Assembly: GCA_937952265.1 (NCBI GenBank)
Contig: CALFYW010000016.1
Coordinates: forward strand, 334,661 to 398,660
DNA: 64,000 bases
Direction: 5' to 3'
From: an uncultured bacterium
Lineage (GTDB): Bacteria > Patescibacteriota > Minisyncoccia > Phycocordibacterales > GCA-2401445
A program made the translations under genes and the position numbers. Shown piece by piece: positions 36,774-46,735 of the stretch; position 1 is the stretch's first letter; each line of letters starts with the position of its first letter. The notes under the pieces were generated by a model, which was given only the letters and a program-made list of their open reading frames with translations, was not told where the DNA came from and made no database searches.

Positions 36774-37649
36774 TTATCGAATTGATATGGTTCCGAGTCT
36801 TTCCTCAATAATACCGTTGATTTCCATACGAGAAATGAGTACTTGTGCTTCGTGAAGAGGGAGTCCGCTTTGTTCAATGAGTTGGTCTCGAGTGATCGGC
36901 TCTCGAATCAGATAGAGAATTTTCTGCTCCGCTTTAGATACATTTTTAAGCGCTTCGCGCGCAGGTGTTTTTGCTTCTATACCGAGTGCTTCAATGATAT
37001 CACCGCTTGTGGCAACAGGAGTTGCTCCTAATCGTATCAACATAAAAGGCCCCTCCGAAGTCTTTGAGAAGATAGATCCTGGGATGGTGAGGACCTCGCG
37101 ATTGTAGTCAGTGGCTAAGCGTGATGTGATGAGCGTTCCGGATTTTTTCTCGGCTTCGACGACGAGCACGGCGTGCCCGATGCCTGCCATGATCCGATTA
37201 CGTTGCGGAAAACTCCATGGCGTTGCCTTAAAGCCTGATTTAAATTCTGAAATAAGTGCTCCGCCACGCACGAGAATCATCTCTGCAAGTCCGTGGTTTG
37301 ATTTTGGATACAATGCTTCTACTCCAAGTCCTGACCCGGGAATGGCAACAGTGGGGAGCTTAGCGGCAAGTGCGGCTCGGTGCGCGAAGGTATCAATTCC
37401 GAGTGCCAAACCGGAGACAATGACAATTGGATATCCGCGTAACCCAGCAATCAGTTTTTCACAGACGCTTCGCCCGTAATCACTATATCGTCGCGCTCCC
37501 ACCACGGTGAGAAATTGGTGAGCAGTATCGGGAAGCGCTCCTTTAATATAGAGCTTATCCGGAGCATCGGGAATTTCTTTTAGGTTGTCAGGGAATTTCT
37601 CTTGAGTCAGCACGCGCTCCTCATAGCGATGATATTGGTTGAGCACCAT
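36774..37649 (-). CDS. dprA: DNA-processing protein DprA (Smf)
   Basis: GLALGIDTFAHRAAL..., a Rossmann-like DprA core, and a C-terminal wH. Confidence 0.85.
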   Translation of the reverse strand: MVLNQYHRYEERVLTQEKFPDNLKEIPDAPDKLYIKGALPDTAHQFLTVVGARRYSDYGRSVCEKLIAGLRGYPIVIVSGLALGIDTFAHRAALAAKLPTVAIPGSGLGVEALYPKSNHGLAEMILVRGGALISEFKSGFKATPWSFPQRNRIMAGIGHAVLVVEAEKKSGTLITSRLATDYNREVLTIPGSIFSKTSEGPFMLIRLGATPVATSGDIIEALGIEAKTPAREALKNVSKAEQKILYLIREPITRDQLIEQSGLPLHEAQVLISRMEINGIIEERLGTISIR

Positions 37650-37686
37650 ATTTGTTTATTTTACCATTTTTCCCTATACTAATTGC

Positions 37687-38958
37687 ATGCTTGACATTAA
37701 GTTTATTCGTGAAAATAAAGATTTGGTCATCGACGCGGCACGCAAGAAAAAGATACGAGTCGACATTGAAGGATTGATTCGTCTGGATGAAAAACGCCGC
37801 GCACTCCTGCTTTCATTAGAACCAAAACGCCGTGACCAGGCAGAGTTTGGGCGCCGTATTGCATTGGTTCGGGATACTACTGAACGCCAACAGTTGATTG
37901 AAGAAATGCGTTTGGTAAAAGAAGATATTCAGAAAGAAGAAGAGGAATTGAAAAACGTTATGCAGGAATGGCGGAAGCTCATGTTGCTAGTTCCTAATAT
38001 TCCTGATATTACCGTACCTGAAGGAGAAAAAGATGAAGATAGCGTGGAGGTAAAGAAATGGGGAACATTACCCACGTTTCCTTTTACTCCCAAATCGCAT
38101 ACTGATTTGATGACCAATCTTAACCTGGTTGATTTTGAACGTGGAGTCAAGGTTTCTGGTTTTCGAGGATACTTTCTTAAAGGAGATAGTGTTCGCCTCT
38201 CTTTTGCGCTTTGGCGGTACACCCTGGATCGACTCATCGCGGCAGGATTTACGCCCCTTATGGTTCCTTCGCTCGTGACACGGGAATCAGCAATGGGAAC
38301 AGGTTATTTGCCCCAAGGAGAAGAAGATTTATATCGTACGCAAGATGATACATTTCTTGCGGGAACCGGAGAAGTTGCGAGTATGGCATATCATATGGAT
38401 GATACATTCTCCCTTGAAGCGCTACCCAAGAAATATGTTGCATTTTCTCCTTGTTTCCGGCGAGAAGCGGGAAGTTATGGCCGAGATACAAAAGGGCTAA
38501 TGCGAGTTCATGAGTTCTTTAAATTGGAGCAAGTTATTTTCTGTCAGGCGAGTCATGAGGAGTCAGTTCGCTTTCACGATGAATTGAATCGTACGATGGA
38601 GATGATTATTGAGGATCTTGAAATACCATATCGTACGATCGTAAATCACGCAGGTGACCTCGGTCTTGGGCAAGTGAAGAAATATGATATTGAGCTCTGG
38701 GTCCCATCGGAAAAGACCTATCGAGAGATTAGTTCAGCTTCATATTTCCACGATTTCCAAACGCGACGTTTAAATGTTCGTTATCGCGATACCTCGGGGA
38801 AACTTTCATTCGCGCATTCGCTCAACTGTACAGCAATGCCAACACCCCGAATTTTAATTGCGCTTCTTGAAAATCACCAGCAAGAAGATGGTTCAATCAA
38901 GCTTCCACAAGCACTCATCCCCTATTTTGGAGAGAGTGTGATACAGAAAAATGCATAA
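37687..38958 (+). CDS. serS: Serine--tRNA ligase
   Basis: MLDIKFIRENKDLV (N-terminal coiled-coil arm) and class II motifs (...FRRE.GS...). Confidence 0.9.
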   Translation: MLDIKFIRENKDLVIDAARKKKIRVDIEGLIRLDEKRRALLLSLEPKRRDQAEFGRRIALVRDTTERQQLIEEMRLVKEDIQKEEEELKNVMQEWRKLMLLVPNIPDITVPEGEKDEDSVEVKKWGTLPTFPFTPKSHTDLMTNLNLVDFERGVKVSGFRGYFLKGDSVRLSFALWRYTLDRLIAAGFTPLMVPSLVTRESAMGTGYLPQGEEDLYRTQDDTFLAGTGEVASMAYHMDDTFSLEALPKKYVAFSPCFRREAGSYGRDTKGLMRVHEFFKLEQVIFCQASHEESVRFHDELNRTMEMIIEDLEIPYRTIVNHAGDLGLGQVKKYDIELWVPSEKTYREISSASYFHDFQTRRLNVRYRDTSGKLSFAHSLNCTAMPTPRILIALLENHQQEDGSIKLPQALIPYFGESVIQKNA

Positions 38959-38964
38959 TTCTCT

Positions 38965-39813
38965 ATGCCACTATCTCGAGGATCTCGTTTTACGTCCGGA
39001 GTATTACAGAGGAAGAAACGAAAAAGAATATATACCATTATCGGGTTAGGAATTTTTACCCTCGGTTCGTTTTTTTGGTTCATATTTTCCCTTGCTCGCT
39101 TTGAACCCCTGTTAATTTCAGACATCTCTGTTTCAGGAACGTCTGTCCTTGATGATGCGGTACTGATTAAGGCTTCAAAGGAGGAACTTTCCGAAAACCG
39201 TTTTCTCTTTTTTCCTCGAAGAAATGCATTGCTCTTTTCTCGCAAGCCACTCATCGAGAAACTACAGGAGATGTTTCCTCGAATCCAGGATATATCAGTT
39301 TCTCGGGAAGGTCTCACGCATATCACTGTTCTCATTCGGGAACATGAACCATTCGGACTGTGGTGTGCGGATGATACGAAAGGTGTTGTTGAAGAATCAT
39401 CCTCATGCTTTTTTTTAAACCAAGATGGTTATATTTTTGCTGAAGCACCTCGGTTTTCAGGGGATGCGTTCTTGCGTTTTTTCGTATCACTTCCGGAAGG
39501 CGAAGTGATCCGACAGCAGGTACTTTCTCCTGATTCGATGCAGGGAGTTCGTGATTTTCTGATGGCCCTCGATAGTATCGAGCTTCCGCCCTATGGGGTG
39601 GTAGTGGATGAGAATGGTGATATTGAGATTTTAATTCAAGGTGGGGCGCGTATTTTAGCTACACAGGGGAGTACGTTGCGTGAAGAGTTTGAGAATCTTT
39701 CTGCGCTGCTTGCTTCACCAGCATTTTTAAAACGAACACCACTTGAAGCATCGCTTGATTATATTGATCTTCGCTTTGGGAATAAATTGTTTTTTCGATT
39801 TCACGATGAATAG
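38965..39813 (+). CDS. FtsQ/DivIB-like cell-division protein (POTRA domain), tentative
   Basis: A short cytoplasmic tail, one TM segment, then a POTRA-like beta-alpha-beta-beta region (ISDISVSGTSVLD...). Confidence 0.45.
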   Translation: MPLSRGSRFTSGVLQRKKRKRIYTIIGLGIFTLGSFFWFIFSLARFEPLLISDISVSGTSVLDDAVLIKASKEELSENRFLFFPRRNALLFSRKPLIEKLQEMFPRIQDISVSREGLTHITVLIREHEPFGLWCADDTKGVVEESSSCFFLNQDGYIFAEAPRFSGDAFLRFFVSLPEGEVIRQQVLSPDSMQGVRDFLMALDSIELPPYGVVVDENGDIEILIQGGARILATQGSTLREEFENLSALLASPAFLKRTPLEASLDYIDLRFGNKLFFRFHDE

Positions 39814-39838
39814 TTTTATTTTTGGGTATAATTAATAT

Positions 39839-40948
39839 ATGCGCGTACGGATTCGACTGATATACACTTTTTGGATCATGCTTGCGGTTGCCCTCGGATT
39901 TTCCTTCGGGTTTTTTTCATCCGTGGGTGCTGATTTTGCGCTCACCGGCTTAGAGCGTTTTGGAAGGGCGATTTCTTTTAAGCAAGGTTCAACCTCTGCG
40001 GCTCAGGAAGATGTCAAGCGCTTCACGCCCCAGGTTTCAGAAAATACAAGCTCTCGCCAAACTAAATTAGGTTCTCTTTTCTCGGAAACCGTAACACTCG
40101 CATTTTTAGGAGACATGATGCTTGACCGAGGTGTTGCGTCGTCAGTTGAGAAGCACTACGGAGGAGACTGGGGAGTGCTTTTTGGGAATCTCGCTCCCTT
40201 GAAAGAGTATGATGTGCTCTTTGCAAATCTTGAAGGCCCTATCTCGGATGTGGGGGTCGATTTGCGAAACCTCTATTCATTTCGTATGGATCCTGAAGCA
40301 TTAGATGCAATTAAGGACGCGGGATTCGACGTGCTTTCAGTTGCGAATAATCATATGGGAGATTGGGGACGTAGCGCTTTTGAGGATACGCTCGTCCGGC
40401 TCCGTGAGGCAGAAATTCTTGCGGTGGGTGGAGGAGAGAATGAACTCGATGCGTCAGTGGTTAAGATAATACAGAGGAAAAATCTTGATATTGGCTTTGT
40501 CGGTTTCTCTGATGTTGGTCCGAAAAATTTAGCGGCGGGACCTCATGTGTCAGGCATATTGCTTGCAAGCGAGGAGTCGATAAAAGAAGTAGTGCCCCGT
40601 GCCAAGGATAGCGTCGATATTTTAGTGGCCTCTTTTCATTTTGGAAATGAATACCAGCATTTACCCTCGAGTCGGCAGCGCACGTTAGCGCATCTCGCGA
40701 TTGATATGGGAGCGGATATTGTTATTGGGCACCATCCGCATGTGCCACAACCGGTTGAGCTCTATCATGGTGGAGTGATTGCGTATAGTTTAGGTAATTT
40801 TATTTTTGATCAAAATTTTTCAAACGAAACCATGCAGGGAGTATTGCTTGAAGTACCAATTGTTGGAGGGAAGGTGGTCATTCCCACATTGCGTTCCATT
40901 CGGCTTAATCGCCATTTTATTCCACAGCTTGTACCAGAGACGCCATGA
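39839..40948 (+). CDS. CapA-family (PGA_cap) metallophosphatase-like protein
   Basis: ...LGDMMLDRGV..., SVANNHMGDWG, VASFHFGNEY, GADIVIGHHPHV and SLGNFIFDQ are typical CapA motifs. Confidence 0.75.
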   Translation: MRVRIRLIYTFWIMLAVALGFSFGFFSSVGADFALTGLERFGRAISFKQGSTSAAQEDVKRFTPQVSENTSSRQTKLGSLFSETVTLAFLGDMMLDRGVASSVEKHYGGDWGVLFGNLAPLKEYDVLFANLEGPISDVGVDLRNLYSFRMDPEALDAIKDAGFDVLSVANNHMGDWGRSAFEDTLVRLREAEILAVGGGENELDASVVKIIQRKNLDIGFVGFSDVGPKNLAAGPHVSGILLASEESIKEVVPRAKDSVDILVASFHFGNEYQHLPSSRQRTLAHLAIDMGADIVIGHHPHVPQPVELYHGGVIAYSLGNFIFDQNFSNETMQGVLLEVPIVGGKVVIPTLRSIRLNRHFIPQLVPETP

Positions 40949-42246
40949 CCAAGATGAACGCAGTTATTGGAACCGCTCTTTTGTTGGGGGTTGCCGCACT
41001 CCTCTTTGTGGCATCTGATACGCATCTACCTTCATGGAAGAAGTTAGTAAGCAATGTGTTTTCAGAGTCCATCACTCCAGATGATGTTAAGCTTCGGTAT
41101 CGTGACAGCCATGTACGCGTCGTGGTAGCTGCTGGGCATGATGAGGATCATTGGGGGGCTCGGTTCGGTGATTTAAAGGAAGAAGTATTAACACGAGGAA
41201 TTTCAAAGCATCTCACCCGTTTCCTTGAAGAGGATCCCTATTTTTCGGTTACCGCGGTACGTGATGGAGAAACTGGAGCATACACTCCTGAATTTGCGCA
41301 ATATTTTGATACGAGACGTTCGGAGATTCTTGAGTTTATGCAGACGCAGCGCGAGGGGATGCGAGCACGGTTATTTAACGGTGAAGTGGTCCGGAATGTG
41401 ACCATTGCGCACAATCCAGCACCTCGTGAAGTAGCAATTCGTTTATACGGAATCAATCATTGGGCAAATCAACGAGATATTGATCTTTTAGTGCACCTCC
41501 ATGTGAATGATTACCCAACACGCGCTTCAGGTCTTCCCGGGAAGCACAGCGGGTTCTCGGTGTATATTCCCGAGTCACAATATCCTAACGCTCGCGCAAG
41601 CAGAGCAATGGCGGAGACCCTCTACGCGCAACTTGCGCGCTTCGTGGGGCCAAGCACTCTTCCTGGAGAGCGCGCGGGAATTATTGAGTCGCAAGAACTT
41701 ATTGCGCTTGGATCAAATGCGTCGCAAGAGAGCGCTTCGCTTTTCATCGAATATGGGTATATTTATGAACCCCAATTTCTTAACCCCGTATTACGTGAGC
41801 AAATGCTTCAAGAGCTTGCGTTCCAAACGTATGTTGGAATCAGGCGTTATTTTTCAGAAGAGGATCACATCCTCGATTCAGGGTATGCCACCACGTTATT
41901 ACCTCACACCTTTTCTCGAGATTTGGAGAGGGGCGAAGTGGGAAGTGTTGAGGTGTTGGCGCTTCAGGCAGCGCTCCACGAGGGAGGGTGGTATCCTCCA
42001 GGGGAGAGATCTCTTACGGCGTGCCCGATCAATGGAAATTTTGGCCCTTGTGTCGAGCAAGCCGTCAAAGATTTTCAGGTTACTCATGAGGAAGAGCTTC
42101 GTGAGCTACAAGGACCTCAGTTTCCGAGTGGGCGTGTTGATAGCGATACTCGTCGGGTACTTAACGAATGGTTTGGAGGAGCAAAGAAGAAAGAAGAGAG
42201 AGGATTTTTGGAAAAAACCGTTCATTTTTTCGGTAATCTTTTTTAA
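40945..42246 (+). CDS. N-acetylmuramoyl-L-alanine amidase (Amidase_3-like) with a C-terminal peptidoglycan-binding domain, tentative
   Basis: Signal/TM, then VVVAAGHDEDHWGA and HLHVNDYP resembling Amidase_3. The C-terminus (...LQAALHEGGWYP...VEQAVKDFQ...) is PG_binding_1-like. Confidence 0.55.
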   Translation: MTKMNAVIGTALLLGVAALLFVASDTHLPSWKKLVSNVFSESITPDDVKLRYRDSHVRVVVAAGHDEDHWGARFGDLKEEVLTRGISKHLTRFLEEDPYFSVTAVRDGETGAYTPEFAQYFDTRRSEILEFMQTQREGMRARLFNGEVVRNVTIAHNPAPREVAIRLYGINHWANQRDIDLLVHLHVNDYPTRASGLPGKHSGFSVYIPESQYPNARASRAMAETLYAQLARFVGPSTLPGERAGIIESQELIALGSNASQESASLFIEYGYIYEPQFLNPVLREQMLQELAFQTYVGIRRYFSEEDHILDSGYATTLLPHTFSRDLERGEVGSVEVLALQAALHEGGWYPPGERSLTACPINGNFGPCVEQAVKDFQVTHEEELRELQGPQFPSGRVDSDTRRVLNEWFGGAKKKEERGFLEKTVHFFGNLF

Positions 42247-42272
42247 GTTTTTTATGGTAGAGTAGGCTTCAT

Positions 42273-43259
42273 ATGTCAGAAGGATTTTGGAGGGATCTTC
42301 CGCGTCCTATTATGGCGCTTGCACCCATGGCTGATGTCACCGATCAGGCATTTCGTCGTATCATTCTTAAATATGGTAAGCCCGATGTGTTTTGGACGGA
42401 GTTTGTTTCCGCGGATGGGCTTTGTGATCCACGTGGCCGGGAACATTTGATTCCTGATTTGGCTTTTGTAAAAGAAGAGCATCCTATTGTTGCGCAACTT
42501 TTTACCGGAAACCCCGCTTCGATGGAGTCGGCTGCCAGGTTTGTGGCCACATGTGGTTTTGATGGTATTGATATAAATATGGGGTGTCCAGATCGCAGTG
42601 TCGAGAAGCAGGGTGCTGGTGCCGCATTGATGAAAAATTATGATAATGCAAAAGCATTGATTCGAGCGGCAAAATCTGGAGCTCCACATATTCCTGTTTC
42701 AGTAAAGATCCGTGTTGGATATTTGCGAAATGAACTGTCGGAATGGTTGCCCGCGCTCCTTGAAGAGTCTCCAGCGGTAGTGACTATTCACGCTCGAACC
42801 AGAAAAGAAATGTCAAAGGTGCCGGCTCGATGGGAGTGTATCCGTGAGGCTGTGGCGATCCGCGATTCATTAAAAAGCACGTCTCTCATTTTTGGTAATG
42901 GAGATGTGCGCGATATAAGAGAGGCGTATGAGCGGGTCGCTCAAACTGGGTGCGATGGGGTGATGCTGGGGCGCGCTATTTTTGGAAATCCGTGGCTCTT
43001 CTCAGATCGCAGGGATCCGGTTACGCTGGAGGAGCGACTTCGGGTATTGGTTGAACACACGGAGCTGTTTGAAAAACTACTCGGAGAGATAAAAAATTTT
43101 TCAATTATGAAGAAGCATTATAAAGCCTATGTTACGGGTTTTGATGGCGCAAAAGAGCTCCGGGTCAAACTGATGGAAACTGCTTCCGCGACCGAGGTAC
43201 GCCTGCTCGTCGAAGAATTTCTAGCTGCTGGTGGGCAGGATAGGGGCATGTTATCATAA
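42273..43259 (+). CDS. tRNA-dihydrouridine synthase
   Basis: IMALAPMADVTDQAFRRI... and a TIM-barrel Dus signature with the catalytic Cys region (NMGCP). Confidence 0.85.
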   Translation: MSEGFWRDLPRPIMALAPMADVTDQAFRRIILKYGKPDVFWTEFVSADGLCDPRGREHLIPDLAFVKEEHPIVAQLFTGNPASMESAARFVATCGFDGIDINMGCPDRSVEKQGAGAALMKNYDNAKALIRAAKSGAPHIPVSVKIRVGYLRNELSEWLPALLEESPAVVTIHARTRKEMSKVPARWECIREAVAIRDSLKSTSLIFGNGDVRDIREAYERVAQTGCDGVMLGRAIFGNPWLFSDRRDPVTLEERLRVLVEHTELFEKLLGEIKNFSIMKKHYKAYVTGFDGAKELRVKLMETASATEVRLLVEEFLAAGGQDRGMLS

Positions 43260-43299
43260 TGACGAAGAACATGGTTCTTAAACTCAGCAGAGAAAGGAG

Positions 43300-43518
43300 A
43301 TCGAGATCATGAAGTATCACGCGCTGTTGCGGACATCCACACGCTCGTACACACAGCAATAGAAAGGGGGTGATCAACATCTCCCAATGCACTGGGGCAG
43401 CAGGGGCAACGGGCTTACCCAGGAAGCGGTGGCAGGTATGGCTACGGGTATACCTGCATCGCCTTGGCATCGGGTTTGCTTAATGTAGAGGTGGTAGTTC
43501 CTCCTGCATTAAGTGATC
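43300..43518 (+). ncRNA. GC-rich structured non-coding region upstream of dnaX; possibly SRP RNA by synteny only
   Basis: No credible ORF. Long imperfect hairpins (GCAGGTAT..ATACCTGC; CTTAATG..CATTAAG). A strong terminator follows. The canonical SRP domain-IV motif could not be confirmed by eye. Confidence 0.25.
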
Positions 43519-43557
43519 GACGCGGAAGAGTTGTGCATTCTCTTCCGCGTCTTTTTG
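43519..43557 (+). terminator. Rho-independent terminator
   Basis: Perfect 12-bp stem GACGCGGAAGAG-ttgtgcatt-CTCTTCCGCGTC followed by TTTTTG. Confidence 0.7.
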
Positions 43558-43592
43558 TTTCTTTAGTTTCCCTGCGATATACTAACCACGAC

Positions 43593-44651
43593 ATGGAATC
43601 ATTGGCATTTTATCGAAAATACCGCCCACAGACATTTCAAGAAGTTGTCGGGCAAGACCATATTGTTACCGTGCTTCAGGAATTTGTTTCGCTAAAACGC
43701 ATTCCCCACGCGCTTCTCTTTTCTGGTTCTCGCGGCACCGGAAAAACCTCGCTTGCTCGGATTTTTGCGCACGCGATACAAACGCAAGATCAGGATTTAT
43801 ATGAAATCGATGCGGCATCAAATCGAGGTATTGATGATATACGCATGCTCCGTGAGGCAGTGCAGACGTTTCCCTTTCAGTCGCCATATAAAGTGTACAT
43901 TATTGATGAGGTGCATATGCTTACCAAAGAAGCATTCAACGCGCTTCTCAAGACACTTGAAGAACCGCCGCAACATGTGGTTTTTGTACTCGCAACGACT
44001 GAACTTTCAAAACTTCCAGAAACGGTAGTTTCTCGATGCCAGACCTTCAGTTTTAATCGTCCTTCTCGAGAGATATTAAAGAAGGTGGTCGCTAAAGTTG
44101 CGAAGAAAGAGGGGGTGGTATTGGGTAGAGGCGCGGCAGAACTCATCGCGCTTCTTGGTGATGGATCATTTCGAGACACCCTAGGGGTGCTTGATAAAGT
44201 TGCCTCCCTTCAAAAGCAAGGATCTGAAATTACGCGAGAGGAAATCACCACCCTAACCGGCGCCCCAAAAACAGAATTGGTAGAAACAGTGCTTGAAGCA
44301 ATGGTGCATGCTGACATTGAGCGAGGGTTATCAGCAATTCGAGAAGCGGGATCAGCTGGATTTGAGATGAAGCTCTTTATTACGCTTTTATTGGAGAAAG
44401 CGCGCGCGATACTCCTGCTTTCCTATGCGCCTCGACTGAAAGAAGAGGTATTAAAAGATTTTTCGAAGGAAGAACAGGAGTTCATGCTTCAATTGCACAA
44501 TGATCCAAATCGAAAGATTACCAAGGAAATGATCATTGCACTCCTCGATGCGCTTGAAAATACCGGTCGTGGAGACATCCCTTCACTTCCCCTTGAACTC
44601 GCGTTTCTTTCCTCAGTTAATCAAAAGGAAGGGAATAGTCATTCAGTATAA
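43593..44651 (+). CDS. dnaX: DNA polymerase III subunit gamma/tau (short form)
   Basis: ...YRKYRPQTFQEVVGQDHIV...HALLFSGSRGTGKTSLARIFA (Walker A)...IIDEVHML. Start at the internal MESLAFY. Confidence 0.9.
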   Translation: MESLAFYRKYRPQTFQEVVGQDHIVTVLQEFVSLKRIPHALLFSGSRGTGKTSLARIFAHAIQTQDQDLYEIDAASNRGIDDIRMLREAVQTFPFQSPYKVYIIDEVHMLTKEAFNALLKTLEEPPQHVVFVLATTELSKLPETVVSRCQTFSFNRPSREILKKVVAKVAKKEGVVLGRGAAELIALLGDGSFRDTLGVLDKVASLQKQGSEITREEITTLTGAPKTELVETVLEAMVHADIERGLSAIREAGSAGFEMKLFITLLLEKARAILLLSYAPRLKEEVLKDFSKEEQEFMLQLHNDPNRKITKEMIIALLDALENTGRGDIPSLPLELAFLSSVNQKEGNSHSV

Positions 44652-44697
44652 GTTGCGTAATTTCAAAACTTTGGCAAGATAGAGCTGATAGGTAAAT

Positions 44698-44768
44698 TGC
44701 CGGGTCGTCTAATGGTAGGACATCAGGTTTTGGTCCTGAGTATCGGGGTTCGAGTCCCTGCCCGGCAG
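44698..44768 (+). tRNA. tRNA-Gln (anticodon TTG)
   Basis: TGCCGGG-TC-GTC-TAATGGTAG-GAC-A-TCAGG-TTTTGGT-CCTGA-GTATC-GGGG-TTCGAGT-CCCT-GCCCGGCA-G. Confidence 0.8.
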
Positions 44769-44858
44769 CAGAATTGAATGACTGATAAATGCAGATATAA
44801 AAAACACCCGAGAAAGAATACCTCGAGTGTTTGATTTAGTTAATATCCTATATTTGTT

Positions 44859-45830
44859 TTAATTTCGGCAATGGATATACCAACAGAAGGTAATACCAAA
44901 CAAAAATGCAATTAATTCATTGATCTCCGGCACGACGAGTGGTGGGGTTAACGAATCAGTATTGATGGTGCCTGATATTGAAAATCCCATTGATCCTGCA
45001 TCATTTGGTGTAAGTAGGTAACTCACCCTATCTGATCCGAATGTTGCGATTTCGCCAGAGTCATTGATTGCTCGGGCGGAGATGAGTGGGATGCTAAGAC
45101 CGTCTACCACGTCATCAAGATAACGAAAATTGTGATCCGCGAGGGTATAGACAAATGCTCTTCCTTCGCTCTCGCCTACGATGTGCCCGTGGTTATTGAT
45201 AGCAATTGCTCGCCCTTCACGTTCACTTAAGATATGGTCATCACCATTAAGCCAAAGTGTAGGAAGGGGGACTGGGTTATGGGTGTTCGCATAGGTAAAA
45301 CCAACAATCTCACGGCGGTCATTAACCGCATATGCGAACCCAAGCCCCAGTGATGACGGTAGTGGATCCCCATTGAGAGTTGCGTAACCTGATGCCCAAC
45401 CGACATAATCACCAAGATTATTTATTCCACGAACAATAGGGCCTCCACTACCATGATTTTCATTAACGATGAAGAACCCATGTTCATTAATAGAGAAGAC
45501 GCTACTCCGGCTTAGTCCAATTTGGTTTAAGATTTCATTTTCCCAGAGGAACGCAATTTGCTGACCGTTGTTAATAGTACTTGTTCCGTCTCCCAGTTGT
45601 CCTACAATTTGTCGAGCATTATTAATATCGAATGCTATGCTGTGGACGGCACTTCCAGGTGTCAGATCGAACATAACACCATTATTCCATCGGAAGGCGT
45701 GTAGTAGCCCTGACGGGCTTTCGAATGCTCCCACAATATCCCCGTGATCGTTGATCCCAAATACTTCAATTAATTCCGCTCGGCAATGATGAAATACCAT
45801 AATGAGCAGAGAGTATAATAATAGTCGCAT
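44859..45830 (-). CDS. Secreted repeat protein with HAF-family-like (INxxGxIVG) repeats and a hydrophobic C-terminal tail
   Basis: Signal peptide, then repeated ...INDHGDIVGAF.., ..INNARQIVGQL.., ..VNDRREIVGFT.., ..INNHGHIVGES.., ..INDSGEIATF... The C-terminus reads LIAFLFGITFCWYI. Confidence 0.5.
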   Translation of the reverse strand: MRLLLYSLLIMVFHHCRAELIEVFGINDHGDIVGAFESPSGLLHAFRWNNGVMFDLTPGSAVHSIAFDINNARQIVGQLGDGTSTINNGQQIAFLWENEILNQIGLSRSSVFSINEHGFFIVNENHGSGGPIVRGINNLGDYVGWASGYATLNGDPLPSSLGLGFAYAVNDRREIVGFTYANTHNPVPLPTLWLNGDDHILSEREGRAIAINNHGHIVGESEGRAFVYTLADHNFRYLDDVVDGLSIPLISARAINDSGEIATFGSDRVSYLLTPNDAGSMGFSISGTINTDSLTPPLVVPEINELIAFLFGITFCWYIHCRN

Positions 45831-45988
45831 TGTTTCTCCTTTCGTTTCAAGCTTCTATTTACAAACTAGCATAGTTGTTGGATTTTTACAAAAAGAGATA
45901 CTTGTGAAAATTCGTTCTGGCAGCATCAATCGTCTCCTACTTGATAAAGAAAAGATCTAAAAAACGCCTCGTGGAGGCGTTTTTTAGA

Positions 45989-46735
45989 TCAGCGTGTATT
46001 ACAATATATAATCATGGCGTCGTGCATGAATCGGGCTAGATTCTCATGGTACGCATCGAAGTATTTTTTAAACCTCTTATCGTTCACATACATTTCTGCA
46101 AGATCACGATATATCTCTGGGTTTGGTTCATAATACACTCTCAAGCTAGCGTAATGCTTATCAATCAAGGTTTGTATTTTGGAATCACTTGCTGGCAAGT
46201 GAATAAGAGAAACGATCTCTCTCATTAATTCATCCGTTTCTTTTTGGATCAGTATTTTCTCTTTCTTTCTCAGTTTCCCGTATCTCTCTTCGGATTGTCT
46301 ATATGCGAGAGTATTCCCCCAACGCTCTTTTGCTTCTTTTGCGTAGAGCGCTAGTTCTTGTTTAGAAAATCCGACGTATAGATCTTTATCGTTCATGTTA
46401 TTTTTTTTGTGTAATTTATTAGTAGTCTTTTTAATTGTGATTAACAATTTTTCCAACCGGTCTTTTTTAATAGCGATAAGTTTTTGATGTTGAGTGAGTG
46501 CTTTGGATACATCAAAATTTGAGTTTTCAAGAATTTTCTTAATATCTTCTAACGAGAGTTCTAATTCTCGGAAGAACATAATTTGTTGAAGTAGCAGTAG
46601 TTCTTTTTCTTCATATGTGCGATAGCCATTTGATTCAATCCGGGCAGGCTTAAGAAGCCCAATCTCGTCATAATAATGAAGAGTTCTTACCGTGGTATTT
46701 GCAAGATTTGCGAGTTGTTGAATTGTGTATTTCAC
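45989..46735 (-). CDS. MerR-family regulator with a TipAS-like C-terminal domain (Mta/TipA-like)
   Basis: The N-terminal HTH (V)KYTIQQLANLANTTVRTLHYYDEIGLL is the MerR signature. The C-terminal alpha-helical domain resembles TipAS. The ORF track starts at a GTG at 46768; the start was placed at the in-frame GTG giving MKYTIQQ. Confidence 0.75.
   Translation of the reverse strand: MKYTIQQLANLANTTVRTLHYYDEIGLLKPARIESNGYRTYEEKELLLLQQIMFFRELELSLEDIKKILENSNFDVSKALTQHQKLIAIKKDRLEKLLITIKKTTNKLHKKNNMNDKDLYVGFSKQELALYAKEAKERWGNTLAYRQSEERYGKLRKKEKILIQKETDELMREIVSLIHLPASDSKIQTLIDKHYASLRVYYEPNPEIYRDLAEMYVNDKRFKKYFDAYHENLARFMHDAMIIYCNTR

Noticed and set aside
43381-43480. Confident SRP RNA (ffs) call from the canonical domain-IV motif
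   Set aside because: I could not find the GGAA/GNRA tetraloop with flanking conserved loops on either strand. Only synteny with dnaX and GC-rich secondary structure support it, so it is reported as a low-confidence candidate ncRNA rather than as ffs.
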